Positions 16,184 to 26,598 of a DNA stretch of 32,000 nucleotides are shown piece by piece. The translations under genes and the position numbers were made by a program. The notes beneath the pieces are model-generated. The model was not told the origin of the DNA, did no database searches, and saw only the letters and a program-made list of their open reading frames with translations. Each line of letters begins with the position of its first letter. Position 1 is the stretch's first letter. The DNA is from Acinetobacter wanghuae. Lineage in GTDB: Bacteria; Pseudomonadota; Gammaproteobacteria; Pseudomonadales; Moraxellaceae. Location of the stretch: positions 1,710,001-1,742,000 of the forward strand of contig NZ_CP045650.1 of assembly GCF_009557235.1 (NCBI RefSeq), given 5' to 3'.

Positions 16184-16729
16184 TCATTTAACAACCGCTT
16201 CATTTAAATGATTTTTTTGATCCATTTCTTCACGTTGCTGACGCGCTGCGATGAGTATTTTTTCTTCAAGTGGTTTACGGAAACCAAATAAAAATACCAA
16301 CTCTGCCAAGACAAATAATGGACCAATTGCGAGCCCAATCAAATCATCGGTAAAAGCCGGTTTTTTCTTTTCATAGAAATGCCCGACAAATTGAAAGACC
16401 CAACCCACAACAAAAATGCCAATACTGGTCGACAACCATGCTGCTGTGCCCCACTGCGCAATATCATGGGCAAATGGATAAGCCACTAAAAAGATGACTG
16501 CCATAATCACAGCAAAAATCCAATCTAGACTTAGATAATATAAAATGGTCAGGGTTAAAATAAGCATGGCTAAGGTGACTTCATAGCCTGAAAAAACCAC
16601 ACCTGCACGCGCTGTCAAACAGATAATCGAAAATACGATCATGGGAATACCAATAAAATGGGTCATCACATTGGTACGGTCTAAATGATAAGCCGCATAT
16701 TGGCTTAAAAGTCGTTCTATTTTTGTCAT
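16184..16729 (-). CDS. DUF962 (Mpo1/YGL010w-like) membrane protein
   Basis: MTKIERLLSQYAAYHLDRTNVMTHFIGIPMIVFS is a typical DUF962 N-terminus, and multiple TM helices follow. AAGGA lies 8 nt before ATG 16729. The track ORF starts at 16738. Confidence 0.8.
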   Translation of the reverse strand: MTKIERLLSQYAAYHLDRTNVMTHFIGIPMIVFSIICLTARAGVVFSGYEVTLAMLILTLTILYYLSLDWIFAVIMAVIFLVAYPFAHDIAQWGTAAWLSTSIGIFVVGWVFQFVGHFYEKKKPAFTDDLIGLAIGPLFVLAELVFLFGFRKPLEEKILIAARQQREEMDQKNHLNEAVVK

Positions 16730-16823
16730 GTGATTCATCCTTATCAGCTTATATGCTTTTACTATACGCTACGGAAAAATGCTAAGTTGTCGCATGGACG
16801 ACAAATTCTAAAAACAAGGATAT

Positions 16824-17535
16824 TTGAGTGTGGATCAACATTATCTAAAACAACTTTATAACAATGTTTGGTTTTCTAAATTACCGCTACATTTCCAAGA
16901 TTATTTAATAACCCATAGCAGTATTCACAGCCTAGAGAAAGATCAGGCTGTATTTTATACAGGGGATCATTTTGATGGACTGTATGCCGTCCTCGATGGC
17001 TCGATTCGCTTAGGCTATATAGATATTGAAGGCAATCAAGCCGTGTCAGCGATTGTCGAACCGATTATGTGGTTTGGTGAAATCTCATTAGTCGATCAGC
17101 AAACCACGTTCTCACGATGCGATTTGTATGCAAAACAGTACTATTTTACAAATTCATGCAAGCGAGATCGATAAACTGATTCAGCAACACCCTGAATTTT
17201 GGTTTCACATTGCACAGCTGACCAGCCAGAAATTACGCTTTGCATTTATGGAGTTAATTTCGATACAAACACATAATATTCAGCAACGTTTAGCACAACG
17301 CTTATTGTTTATTTTAAATGGTTATGGCAATCATCTACGCATTGAAAACAGCCACATTCATCTCTCTCAGGAGCAACTGGCACAGATGTTAGTGTGTTCA
17401 CGTCAAACCATTAATCAGGAATTACAGCACTTAGAAAAACAAGGCATTTTAAAACTTGCCTTTAAACGGATTGAGATTTTGGATCATGCGCGTTTACATG
17501 CACTGGCTCACGAAAGAAGCAGCAAAAAAATTTAA
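16824..17535 (+). pseudogene. Crp/Fnr-family transcriptional regulator interrupted by a +1-nt frameshift (or a sequencing error)
   Basis: ORF 16824..17174 encodes the cNMP-binding beta-barrel half (FYTGDHFDGLYAVLDGSIRL...WFGEISLVDQQ). ORF 17128..17535, whose frame is open from 17092, encodes the dimerisation helix plus HTH_Crp (SQEQLAQMLVCSRQTINQELQHLEKQGIL). Removing one A from AAA 17101-17103 joins them as ...ISLVDQQPRSHDAICMQNSTILQI.... GTG 16830 is the more likely start than TTG 16824. Confidence 0.8.
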
Positions 17536-17555
17536 AAGGAAGCGAGATGGCAGAT

Positions 17556-17711
17556 TTAAGATGTAAGCTCGCACACATTGACACTATCAAAACCATTGGT
17601 ACACGGTGTGACGTCTTGCGTACTTTGCTGAGCAGTTGAGTTTGGTGATTGTGGAAGACTGTGACACGCGCTTAATGCGATAAACATTGTCACAACTAAT
17701 ATATTTTTCAT
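17556..17711 (-). CDS. Possible small lipoprotein (51 aa), below the track cutoff
   Basis: Hand translation gives MKNILVVTMFIALSACHSLPQSPNSTAQQSTQDVTPCTNGFDSVNVCELTS. It has a signal peptide with the lipobox LSAC. Confidence 0.45.
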   Translation of the reverse strand: MKNILVVTMFIALSACHSLPQSPNSTAQQSTQDVTPCTNGFDSVNVCELTS

Positions 17712-17917
17712 CTAAAATCCCAAAAAAATAAAATGGCTTATTTGTAAAAACATTAACTTCCAGACATTATTCTACACCTTTTATCACATTATGATAATTT
17801 ATTGTATGTATAGGCTTAGTAGAAAAATCTATGAGTTATATTTATTAGGTATTATTAAATTTTAGATATAAAAAACGAGGAATATATCCTCGCTTTATTT
17901 TAAATCTCGAAAAAGCT

Positions 17918-18394
17918 TTAGACGCCTACTTTTTTGGGATCGGTATTGCCCAATTCAGGATGCTCAAGTGCATCGCGGCACTGCTGCTTATCACGTTCAT
18001 AGTCCGCTTTTTTCTGATCTGATAGCTGTCCATCAGCAGTCACCCGTGCCCAAATATCTAAACTGGTCAAGGCTTTACGACAGAGTGCATACTTCCCCTC
18101 AGTGACCGAATCGGTCATTTTGACATTAACACGCCAATCCGTTGTTAACTTACGAACAGGTGTACGTACTTGTTCTTCAATAACAGCCACTTGCTTGTTA
18201 TATACCAAAGAATCGACTTGATTCATCAACTCCCATGCTGCATGCGCATAGGTGGTGGCATCATTGGTTAGTTTTGGCGCAGGCTGAATCTTAACCTGTT
18301 TATCCGTCGCATTGTCCTGACCACAACCTTGTAGCAGCATACTGGCGCACAAGAAAGAAGCAACCAATGCTCCACGCGTCTTTAACAACCCCAT
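17918..18394 (-). CDS. Hypothetical lipoprotein
   Basis: MGLLKTRGALVASFLCASMLLQGCGQD is a signal peptide with a lipobox (LQGC). The track ORF begins at TTG 18418; ATG 18394 is more likely. Confidence 0.6.
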   Translation of the reverse strand: MGLLKTRGALVASFLCASMLLQGCGQDNATDKQVKIQPAPKLTNDATTYAHAAWELMNQVDSLVYNKQVAVIEEQVRTPVRKLTTDWRVNVKMTDSVTEGKYALCRKALTSLDIWARVTADGQLSDQKKADYERDKQQCRDALEHPELGNTDPKKVGV

Positions 18395-18500
18395 TTTCAA
18401 GCTCGCTTCACCAAACAATAGCTTATTATGCTAGTGAATTCGCGTAGAATACTCAATCGTCATTTGACCTATTGTTCAACTCTCCTACAAAAGGTGTGTC

Positions 18501-19253
18501 GTGTCTGAGCAAAAACCTTCTCAAGCTCAAGTTGCAGATTTTTGGCAAGGTGCCAAAGACAGCCAAGCTATTATTTGGACATACTTACCAGTGTCCTTTG
18601 CCTTTGGTGTTTCTGCTACACAATTTGGTTTTAGTGCGTGGGAAGCATTGTTTTTATCCTGCTCCATGTATGCAGGCGCGAGTCAATTCTTGGTGGTTGC
18701 TCTTTTAGGCAGTGGCACTTCTATTTGGATGACCGCACTCACCGTGATTGCTTTAGACATTCGCCATTTATTGTATGGCCCTGCACTACAAAACCTTATT
18801 CAAGATCGATTAAATCTAAAGAAAACCGCAGTTTGGGCATGGGGTTTAACCGATGAAGTGTTCGCTTCAGGCATGATTAAACTGTCTCAGCGCCGTCAAG
18901 AATGGTCAGAATCTTGGATGCTGGGTTTAAGTTTATTTAGCTGGATGTCATGGGCTTTAGGTTCATTTTTAGGTGGTTTATTCGCAGATCAAGTCAGTAA
19001 CTTACCGCAATTTTTACAAGCCTCGCTCGATTTCTTGCTGCCTGCATTATTCTTAAGCTTCTTACTTGCGGCATTTGAGAAAAAACATACTTTTGTCGTC
19101 ATCATTACAATTATTGTGTCTGCCATTGCTTGCTATATGATTGATCTATCAGCCGCGATTTTTATTGGTATTACGTCTGGCATTTTGGCGGGATTATTCA
19201 AGCACTATGTATTGAAGCGTCCAAACCCTGAACATATGGGAGAGCAAGCATGA
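18501..19253 (+). CDS. azlC: AzlC-family branched-chain amino acid exporter component
   Basis: 250-aa polytopic membrane protein. It has an AzlC-like N-terminal region (FAFGVSATQFGFSAWEALFLSCSMYAGASQF). It overlaps the downstream azlD-like gene by 4 nt (ATGA). Confidence 0.85.
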   Translation: MSEQKPSQAQVADFWQGAKDSQAIIWTYLPVSFAFGVSATQFGFSAWEALFLSCSMYAGASQFLVVALLGSGTSIWMTALTVIALDIRHLLYGPALQNLIQDRLNLKKTAVWAWGLTDEVFASGMIKLSQRRQEWSESWMLGLSLFSWMSWALGSFLGGLFADQVSNLPQFLQASLDFLLPALFLSFLLAAFEKKHTFVVIITIIVSAIACYMIDLSAAIFIGITSGILAGLFKHYVLKRPNPEHMGEQA

Positions 19254-19597
19254 ATATCGAAATTATCCTCGTCGGTATTATGGTGGGTATTGCCAACTTT
19301 GCATCACGCTTTGGACCATTTTATGTGCTACAAAAGTTTCAACAAAGCTCACAGAAACGTGGCGCGCTATGGATTAAAATCGCTTTAGGCTCAATTGGTA
19401 TTGCTGCCATTAGCTCAATGCTTGTGGTCGCAACGCTGCCACCACTGCTTGAAACACCGAATAAAAGCTTTGCGATGCTGATGGGTTTTTGCGTATTGAT
19501 TGCTTTGTACTTTAAGTTTAAACGCATTGTTCTTGCGACCTTAACCGCAGCACTCACCTATGGTTTGATCTATACCTATTTTCCTGTGCCTTTTTAA
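19250..19597 (+). CDS. azlD: AzlD-family small membrane protein
   Basis: 115-aa hydrophobic protein, translationally coupled to azlC. Confidence 0.8.
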   Translation: MNIEIILVGIMVGIANFASRFGPFYVLQKFQQSSQKRGALWIKIALGSIGIAAISSMLVVATLPPLLETPNKSFAMLMGFCVLIALYFKFKRIVLATLTAALTYGLIYTYFPVPF

Positions 19598-19823
19598 AAT
19601 CAGTGATGCTCTAAAGTAGAAGATCAGCCTGATAATTTTCTTTATTTAACTACAATTCTCAACGATATCTACCATCTGATTGAGTACCTAAATCGAAATT
19701 CCTGCTCAAAACTTTATAAATAAAACTGTTGGTCAATATCACAATTTTGTATGAAAGTTCGCTTATCTCTGCATAGAGTTCTGCTATGCTAAAACTCCAT
19801 AAAATCAAGCATGGATGATCTAG

Positions 19824-21029
19824 ATGAGCGTAACTCTTGGTACTCCCCTTCAATCTTCTGCATTTAAAGTTCTATTGTTAGGTTCTGGGGAACTCGGCAA
19901 AGAAGTCGTGATTTCTTTGCAACGTTTAGGTGTTGAAGTTCATGCTGCTGACCGTTATGACCATGCGCCTGCAATGCAAGTCGCACATTATGCCTATACT
20001 TTAAATATGGCAGATGCGGATGAGCTCAAACAACTCATTTTAAAAATTAAACCGAATTTGATCGTGCCGGAAATTGAAGCCATTGCAACGCAAGTCTTGG
20101 TTGAGGTCGAAGAACAAAATATTGCCACCGTAATTCCATCTGCAAAAGCAGTGAATCTCACCATGAACCGCGAAGGTATTCGTCGTTTAGCGGCTGAAGA
20201 ACTCGGGCTTCCAACGTCTGCTTATCGTTTTGCAAATACTTTAGAATCTTTCCGTGCTGCGTGTGATGACATTGGCTATCCAAACTTTGTTAAACCTGTG
20301 ATGTCATCTTCAGGTAAAGGTCAGTCACGTGTTAAAAACTTTGATGAAGTCGATGCGGCTTGGGAATACGCACAAACCGGCGGTCGTGTAAATCAAGGCA
20401 CAGTGATTGTAGAATCACAAATTGATTTTGATTTTGAAATTACCCTGCTGACCGTTCGTGCTAAAAATCCAAACACAGGTGAAATCGAAACATCTTATTG
20501 TGATCCAATTGGTCACCGTCAGGATTCAGGTGATTATGTCGAAAGCTGGCAGCCTCAAGCCATGACACCTGCTGCCTTAGAAGAAGCCAAACGAATTGCC
20601 AATAAAGTCACCATTGCGCTCGGTGGCTGCGGTATTTTTGGTGTTGAACTCTTTGTAAAAGGCGACAAAGTATGGTTTAGTGAAGTCTCTCCTCGACCAC
20701 ACGACACTGGACTAGTGACTTTAGCTTCTCAATTCCAAAGTGAATTTGAACTTCATGCGCGTGCCATTTTAGGTTTACCAGTCAATACCGCACGTCATAG
20801 CACGGCTGCAAGTGCTGTCATTTATGCTGGTGTCGATGATCAAAATCTTTCATTTTCTGGCTTAAATCTTGCTTTAGCTGATGGCAACACGGATTTACGC
20901 TTATTTGGCAAGCCCGAAGGCTTTAAACGCCGCCGTATGGGGGTTGCAACTGCACGTGCTGAAACAACAGATCAAGCACGTGAACTTGCCTTACACGTTG
21001 CCAACCAAGTAAGTGTTCACCAAAATTAA
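19824..21029 (+). CDS. purT: Formate-dependent phosphoribosylglycinamide formyltransferase (GAR transformylase 2)
   Basis: It has the PurT N-terminus [25 protein letters not shown] and an ATP-grasp core ([31 protein letters not shown]). Confidence 0.95.
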   Translation: MSVTLGTPLQSSAFKVLLLGSGELGKEVVISLQRLGVEVHAADRYDHAPAMQVAHYAYTLNMADADELKQLILKIKPNLIVPEIEAIATQVLVEVEEQNIATVIPSAKAVNLTMNREGIRRLAAEELGLPTSAYRFANTLESFRAACDDIGYPNFVKPVMSSSGKGQSRVKNFDEVDAAWEYAQTGGRVNQGTVIVESQIDFDFEITLLTVRAKNPNTGEIETSYCDPIGHRQDSGDYVESWQPQAMTPAALEEAKRIANKVTIALGGCGIFGVELFVKGDKVWFSEVSPRPHDTGLVTLASQFQSEFELHARAILGLPVNTARHSTAASAVIYAGVDDQNLSFSGLNLALADGNTDLRLFGKPEGFKRRRMGVATARAETTDQARELALHVANQVSVHQN

Positions 21030-21056
21030 GCTGCGAGACCAAACGGACGACTGTAC

Positions 21057-23723
21057 ATGATCAATACCCACCCACTGCTGAATTACACTAAAAGTCACCA
21101 TGACATTAAAGCCATTAACCAATGGCGCAGCGATGTCGAATCTCAGCTACAGGAAAGTTTTGAAAATGGACAGTCCATCCGTGACATTATTTTGGCGCGC
21201 TCAAACTTAATTGATGAAGCATTAGAATTTTTATGGTTACATGCCGAGCTCAATCAAACGGATTTAGCTTTATTCGCAGTCGGTGGCTATGGTCGCCGTG
21301 AAATGCTGCCCTACTCTGATGTCGACATCATGATTTTGTCTGAAGATGAAATCACAACAGAACAAGAACAACTGATTTCGACCTTTATTTCATCCTTATG
21401 GGATGTCGGGAATTTCAAACCCGGTATTAGTGTGCGTACCATTCAAGATTGCGTTAATCAAGCAAGTAGTGATCTCACCGTTGCGACCTCTTTGATTGAA
21501 GCACGACTCATTATTGGCAATAAAAATCTGACCAAATGGCCACGGCGTATCGTGTCACAAACATGGACCGACAAGACCTTCTTTGATGCCAAAATGGATG
21601 AACAACATAAACGCCATGCGCAGCACAACAATACTGAAAGCAACTTAGAACCCGATATTAAAAATGCACCGGGGGGAATTCGTGATATCAATCAGATTGG
21701 TTGGATTGCAAAACGTCATTTCCGTGTGAATCGTATTTATGATTTAGTCCATTTAGGTTTTATTTCAGAGTTTGAACTGAGCGTTTTAGAAGAAGCCGAA
21801 AGTTTTTTATGGGAAATTCGTCATCATCTACACCGCTTAACCAAGCGTGATGAAAACCGCTTATTGTTCGACTATCAACGTGATATTGCAGCCATATTCG
21901 GTTATACACGCGACGAGCATCATTCACCGAATTATCCTATTGAACAATTCATGAAGCGTTACTATCGCAGTGCGCAACAAGTGTCGACCTTGAATGAAAT
22001 GTTATTGGCTTATTTTAATGAATCGGTCATCACACCACGTTTACCCCATTATGAACGCCAAATTGAAGAAATTAACCATAACTTTAAATTGGTCGATGGC
22101 AAACTTGCCGCACAGCATCATAAAATTTTCTCAGAAAACCCGAGTGCGATTTTAGAAATCTTTTATCTATTGGCAAATCGTCCTGATATTGAAGGCATTC
22201 GCGCACGTACTTTACGTTTGCTCATGTTGGCAGCCAAACGGATTAATCAAGCTTACCGCGATAATCCAGTACACCAAGCACTATTTATGGCGATTATCCG
22301 TTCACCGCATCGCTTATATGAAACCTTGGTTGCGATGAAGCGCTACGGCGTTTTGGGCAATTATATTCCGGCGTTTGGGCAAATCACTGGCTTAATGCAA
22401 TATGACTTATTCCATATTTATACGGTCGATGCACATACCCTGTTATTGCTACGCAATTTAAATCGCTTTAAAGAACCCGAATTTGCCAAAGAATTCCCAG
22501 TCGTCAGTTCTGTTTTCCAACGTCTTGCACGTCGCGACATTGTGTATTTGGCCGCCATTTTCCACGATATTGCCAAAGGTCGTGGTGGCGACCATAGTGA
22601 ACTCGGTGCGAGCGATGCCATCGCATTCTGTCGTCAACATGGCTTTACCGAACGTGAATGTAATTTGGTGGCATGGCTGATTCAGAATCACTTGCTCATG
22701 TCGGTCACGTCACAGAAAAAAGATATTTCTGATCCTGATATTGTCAAAGAATTTGCTGAAAAAATGGGCGATATGGAGCATTTAGATTATCTCTATTGCT
22801 TAACCGTATCGGATATTAATGCAACCAATCCATCGCTTTGGAATACATGGCGTTCATCGCTCATGCGTCAACTGTATACCCATGCACGTGATGTCATTCG
22901 TTCAGGCTTGGGTCGTCCAGTCGATTATCCAATGCTCATCGAAGACACCAAATTTGCAGCAAGTGAACTCTTGGTCGAAGATTTCCCACTCTATGATGTG
23001 GAAACGGTATGGCAAGAACTGGGCGATGATTACTTCTTAAAAGAATCTGCCGATGAAATTGCATGGCATACCCGTGCCATTTTAGAACATGGTGATAATC
23101 CTGCACCATTGGTCTTAATGCGTGCACAACGCAAATATGCTCAAGATGCGGTACAAATCTTTATTTACACACAAGATCAGCCAAATCTGTTTGCAACTAC
23201 CGTGGCAATTCTGGATCGTATGAATCTCGATGTTCAAGATGCACGGATTATTACGGCAACTAAAGCCTTTAGCTTAGATACCTATGTCGTGCTAGATCGT
23301 TTTGGTACACTGCTCACCGATCCTGAACGTGAAGCACGTGTCATTGCCGCATTACAAGAGGCCTTAAGCCACTCTGATAAATACCCGGGCTTAATGCAGC
23401 GTCGTATTCCACGACAATTGCGCCATTTTGATATTGAAAATACAGTCGACATTAGCCTGAATGAAGCCCTCAATCAAAATATGGTGGAAATTGCCACGCT
23501 GGATCATCCCGGTTTACTTGCCAAAGTGGGTGGTTTATTTATGATGCAAGGCTTAGATATTCACTCTGCTAAAATTGCCACACTTGGCGAACGTGCCGAA
23601 GATATTTTCTTTGTGACCAAAAAAGACGGTATTCCTATGACTGAGGAAGAATCAACATCGTTTGCAACCACACTGAAATCTGCGCTTGATGAAGCGTCTA
23701 ATCAGGTCAATGCTCAACACTAA
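21057..23723 (+). CDS. glnD: Bifunctional [protein-PII] uridylyltransferase / uridylyl-removing enzyme
   Basis: 888 aa. It has a nucleotidyltransferase motif ([21 protein letters not shown]), an HD domain ([16 protein letters not shown]) and two C-terminal ACT-like domains. Confidence 0.95.
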   Translation: MINTHPLLNYTKSHHDIKAINQWRSDVESQLQESFENGQSIRDIILARSNLIDEALEFLWLHAELNQTDLALFAVGGYGRREMLPYSDVDIMILSEDEITTEQEQLISTFISSLWDVGNFKPGISVRTIQDCVNQASSDLTVATSLIEARLIIGNKNLTKWPRRIVSQTWTDKTFFDAKMDEQHKRHAQHNNTESNLEPDIKNAPGGIRDINQIGWIAKRHFRVNRIYDLVHLGFISEFELSVLEEAESFLWEIRHHLHRLTKRDENRLLFDYQRDIAAIFGYTRDEHHSPNYPIEQFMKRYYRSAQQVSTLNEMLLAYFNESVITPRLPHYERQIEEINHNFKLVDGKLAAQHHKIFSENPSAILEIFYLLANRPDIEGIRARTLRLLMLAAKRINQAYRDNPVHQALFMAIIRSPHRLYETLVAMKRYGVLGNYIPAFGQITGLMQYDLFHIYTVDAHTLLLLRNLNRFKEPEFAKEFPVVSSVFQRLARRDIVYLAAIFHDIAKGRGGDHSELGASDAIAFCRQHGFTERECNLVAWLIQNHLLMSVTSQKKDISDPDIVKEFAEKMGDMEHLDYLYCLTVSDINATNPSLWNTWRSSLMRQLYTHARDVIRSGLGRPVDYPMLIEDTKFAASELLVEDFPLYDVETVWQELGDDYFLKESADEIAWHTRAILEHGDNPAPLVLMRAQRKYAQDAVQIFIYTQDQPNLFATTVAILDRMNLDVQDARIITATKAFSLDTYVVLDRFGTLLTDPEREARVIAALQEALSHSDKYPGLMQRRIPRQLRHFDIENTVDISLNEALNQNMVEIATLDHPGLLAKVGGLFMMQGLDIHSAKIATLGERAEDIFFVTKKDGIPMTEEESTSFATTLKSALDEASNQVNAQH

Positions 23724-23747
23724 CTCTTAATGCTCGGTAACACTTTC

Positions 23748-24917
23748 ATGAACGCTAGCTTGTCTTTATTGCATCCGTATCCATTTGAAAAGTTAAATAA
23801 ACTTTTTGCGGATATTCAGCCTGCACATCTGCCGCTTATTCCATTGTCTATTGGCGAACCCAAGCACCCTGCACCTGAGTTTGTAAAACAAGCCATTATT
23901 GACAACTTTAAGCATTTATCGACCTATCCAAATTCAAAAGGCTTACCTGAGTTACGTGACAGTATTGCAAACTGGTTATCGCGTCGTTTTAAACTCAATA
24001 GCATCAGTGCAGAAACGCAAATTTTGCCTGTTTCAGGAACCCGCGAAGCTTTATTTTCCTTTGTACAAGCACTCGTGAATCGCGATGAAGCCCCGTATGT
24101 GGTCATGCCAAATCCGTTTTATCAAATCTATGAAGGTGCGACTTTACTTGCGGGTGCAAAACCCTATTTCATTAACTGTACTGAAGAAAATAATTACCTT
24201 GGTGACTTTGATGCCGTTCCTGCTGAAGTCTGGGAAAAAACCGCATTACTCTTTGTCTGCACACCAGGTAATCCAACGGGTGCTGTGCTTTCAAAAGAAC
24301 AATTCAAAAAACTGATTGCCTTGTCGGATCAATATAATTTCGTCATTGCTTCCGATGAATGCTATTCAGAACTATGGTTTGATGAGGCACCTGTAGGCTT
24401 GCTTGAAGTCTGTGCCGAAATTGGACGAGACGACTATAAAAACTGCGTGGTGTTCCACTCATTGTCAAAACGCTCTAATTTACCGGGGATGCGTTCAGGC
24501 TTTGTGGCAGGTGATGCGACCCTACTTAAACCGTATTTACAATTCCGTACGTATCACGGTGCAGCAATGCCAGTACAACATCAATTGGCATCGATCGCAG
24601 CTTGGAATGATGAAAGTCACGTCGAAGAAAACCGTGTGCAATATCGCGCGAAATTTGATTTATTCCAAAAAGAACTCGGTCATTTATTACCACTCAAAAA
24701 ACCCGATGCAGGTTTTTACTATTGGCTTAAAGTCGACAATGATGAAACCTTTGCCAAAATGCTGATGGAAAAAGCTCACATTAAAGTCTTGCCAGGTCGT
24801 TATCTGTCACGTGAAACAGAACACGGTAATCCTGGTGAAAATCATGTGCGTTTAGCTTTGGTTGCCGATCTTGCGCAATGTGAACAAGTCATTCAGCGCT
24901 TAAAAGCGATTCTCTAA
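23748..24917 (+). CDS. dapC: Succinyldiaminopimelate transaminase-type class I aminotransferase
   Basis: The N-terminus is MNASLSLLHPYPFEKLNKLF, and the PLP-lysine region is FHSLSKRSNLPGMRSGF. It lies directly downstream of glnD, as in pseudomonads. The track ORF starts at 23730. Confidence 0.85.
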   Translation: MNASLSLLHPYPFEKLNKLFADIQPAHLPLIPLSIGEPKHPAPEFVKQAIIDNFKHLSTYPNSKGLPELRDSIANWLSRRFKLNSISAETQILPVSGTREALFSFVQALVNRDEAPYVVMPNPFYQIYEGATLLAGAKPYFINCTEENNYLGDFDAVPAEVWEKTALLFVCTPGNPTGAVLSKEQFKKLIALSDQYNFVIASDECYSELWFDEAPVGLLEVCAEIGRDDYKNCVVFHSLSKRSNLPGMRSGFVAGDATLLKPYLQFRTYHGAAMPVQHQLASIAAWNDESHVEENRVQYRAKFDLFQKELGHLLPLKKPDAGFYYWLKVDNDETFAKMLMEKAHIKVLPGRYLSRETEHGNPGENHVRLALVADLAQCEQVIQRLKAIL

Positions 24918-24934
24918 GCCTAGAGCATGCAAAT

Positions 24935-24967
24935 AAAAAGCCGACTCAAATCTGAGTCGGCTTTTTT
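24935..24967. terminator. Bidirectional rho-independent terminator
   Basis: AAAAAGCCGACTCA-aatc-TGAGTCGGCTTTTTT, between the convergent dapC and the 25.4-kb ORF. Confidence 0.8.
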
Positions 24968-24973
24968 GATGGC

Positions 24974-25420
24974 TTATTTTAACTGCATTGTATAATCAAT
25001 CACGTAAACCACATTCGGATCGAGTCCTTTAATGGGCTCTAGGCTCGATATCATCACCGCCCGTTCAATTTTATGATCAACTGCTTTTAAATTTGATGAT
25101 TGTAAAAGCTGCACCTTAGCAATATAACCTGTTTTTGCCACCACACTGATTTTCAATTTAACGTCAGTCTTGACGTGACGGCGCTCATGCTCGGTTAAAT
25201 CCAATCGCGGTTCAGCAATCCAACTCACTTGATAGCTACGATTCAATAAGGCTGGATTCACCGCATCTTTGACCGATGGTAAATGATATTCCGCAAGCGG
25301 CTGAGTCAACTGCTGCATCAACTTTTGGTTTTTCAGATCATTCGCATACACAGGATGTATCCAACACGCCAAAGCCAGTATGTTTAGAATGACAAGATTA
25401 TGTTTTAAAGTTTTGTTCAT
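24974..25420 (-). CDS. Hypothetical secreted protein, possibly with a TonB-C-terminal-like fold
   Basis: The signal peptide is MNKTLKHNLVILNILALACWIHPVYA. The C-terminal segment KISVVAKTGYIAKVQLLQSSNLKAVDHKIERAV loosely resembles TonB_C. The track ORF starts at TTG 25459. Confidence 0.5.
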   Translation of the reverse strand: MNKTLKHNLVILNILALACWIHPVYANDLKNQKLMQQLTQPLAEYHLPSVKDAVNPALLNRSYQVSWIAEPRLDLTEHERRHVKTDVKLKISVVAKTGYIAKVQLLQSSNLKAVDHKIERAVMISSLEPIKGLDPNVVYVIDYTMQLK

Positions 25421-25477
25421 GAGAAATAAATAAGGCGACCATGCGATCGCCTTTATCAACGAAGAATATATCTAGCA

Positions 25478-25954
25478 TTAAAGCAGCTTTTCGATTTCTG
25501 CTTCAAGTGCTTCAGGTTTTGTGGTTGGAGCAAAACGGTTTAAGACTTTGCCATCTTTACCAATTAAAAACTTAGTAAAGTTCCATTTAATACCATTACC
25601 CAATAACCCTTTTGAATTATTGGTCAAATAACGAAAGACCGCATGTGCTTCTGGGCCTTTGACATCCACTTTCGAGAACATGGGGAACGTGACCCCATAG
25701 TTCTTTTGACAATATTCGCCAATCTGCTCATTTGAGCCGGGATCTTGCCCACCAAATTGATTACAAGGAAAACCAAGAATCTCAAGTCCTTGGTCTTTAT
25801 ACTTTTCATATAGTTTTTCCAACCCAGCAAACTGTGGGGTAAAACCACATTTACTTGCCGTGTTGACGATTAGCAATACCTTTCCTTGGTAGTCTGCAAA
25901 TTGTTTGGTTTTTCCATCTAACAATTCAGCCTCAAACTGATATATGTTGGTCAT
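25478..25954 (-). CDS. Glutathione peroxidase
   Basis: It has the GPx signatures [28 protein letters not shown] and WNFTKFLI. Its start overlaps the msrB stop by 4 nt (ATGA). Confidence 0.9.
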   Translation of the reverse strand: MTNIYQFEAELLDGKTKQFADYQGKVLLIVNTASKCGFTPQFAGLEKLYEKYKDQGLEILGFPCNQFGGQDPGSNEQIGEYCQKNYGVTFPMFSKVDVKGPEAHAVFRYLTNNSKGLLGNGIKWNFTKFLIGKDGKVLNRFAPTTKPEALEAEIEKLL

Positions 25955-26370
25955 GGATAGGTTTCCTCATCATTTTTTTCTTGTGTTTTTAATTCTAAAG
26001 AAGCAGAGTTGACACAGTAACGCAAGCCTGTCGGTTGCGGACCATCCGTAAACACATGGCCTAAATGCGCATCACAATGATGACAAACAATTTCCGTTCT
26101 GACCATACCGTGTGTCGTATCTGTATGTTCTTCAATGGCATTATTGCTTAAGGCTTTATAGAAGCTCGGCCAACCACAACCGCTGTCATATTTTGTGTCG
26201 GAACTAAATAGTGGTTCGCCACAACAACGACACACATATGTGCCATCTTGTTTGGTGTTCCAATATTGTCCTGTAAATGCAGGCTCTGTGCCTTTTAGTC
26301 GGGTAATGCGAAATTCTTCAGGCGATAACTCTCTTTGCCATTCTCGGTCTGTTTTATTGAGTTTTCCCAT
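25951..26370 (-). CDS. msrB: Peptide-methionine (R)-S-oxide reductase
   Basis: SelR domain with two CxxC zinc motifs ([21 protein letters not shown]) and the catalytic RYCVNS. Confidence 0.95.
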   Translation of the reverse strand: MGKLNKTDREWQRELSPEEFRITRLKGTEPAFTGQYWNTKQDGTYVCRCCGEPLFSSDTKYDSGCGWPSFYKALSNNAIEEHTDTTHGMVRTEIVCHHCDAHLGHVFTDGPQPTGLRYCVNSASLELKTQEKNDEETYP

Positions 26371-26598
26371 GACTATATACCTTTGTATCTTTCTATTTAA
26401 AATAGGATAATCCTATATTTACGTGATTCATCTTAAAATTTCTAGTGTTTAATTCACATTTTACAAAAGACCTATAATTTATAAAAAAGCAAAAAGTAAG
26501 CAAAAATATTTAATAAAGTGAGCAATTTTCAAATTAAATACTTTTGTGTGAGCAAACTTAGTGATATTCTTAGCGCTATTCTTGCTCAGGATTAAAAA

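Noticed and set aside
19659-19853. 64-aa minus-strand ORF overlapping the purT start
   Set aside because: It overlaps the purT 5' end and promoter, and its sequence is not protein-like.
21458-24765. Internal and antisense ORFs within glnD and dapC (21458..21691, 22418..22691, 22483..22680, 22819..23040, 22936..23127, 23282..23473, 23924..24106, 24085..24315, 24403..24765)
   Set aside because: They overlap strongly supported genes in other frames. No independent signals support them.
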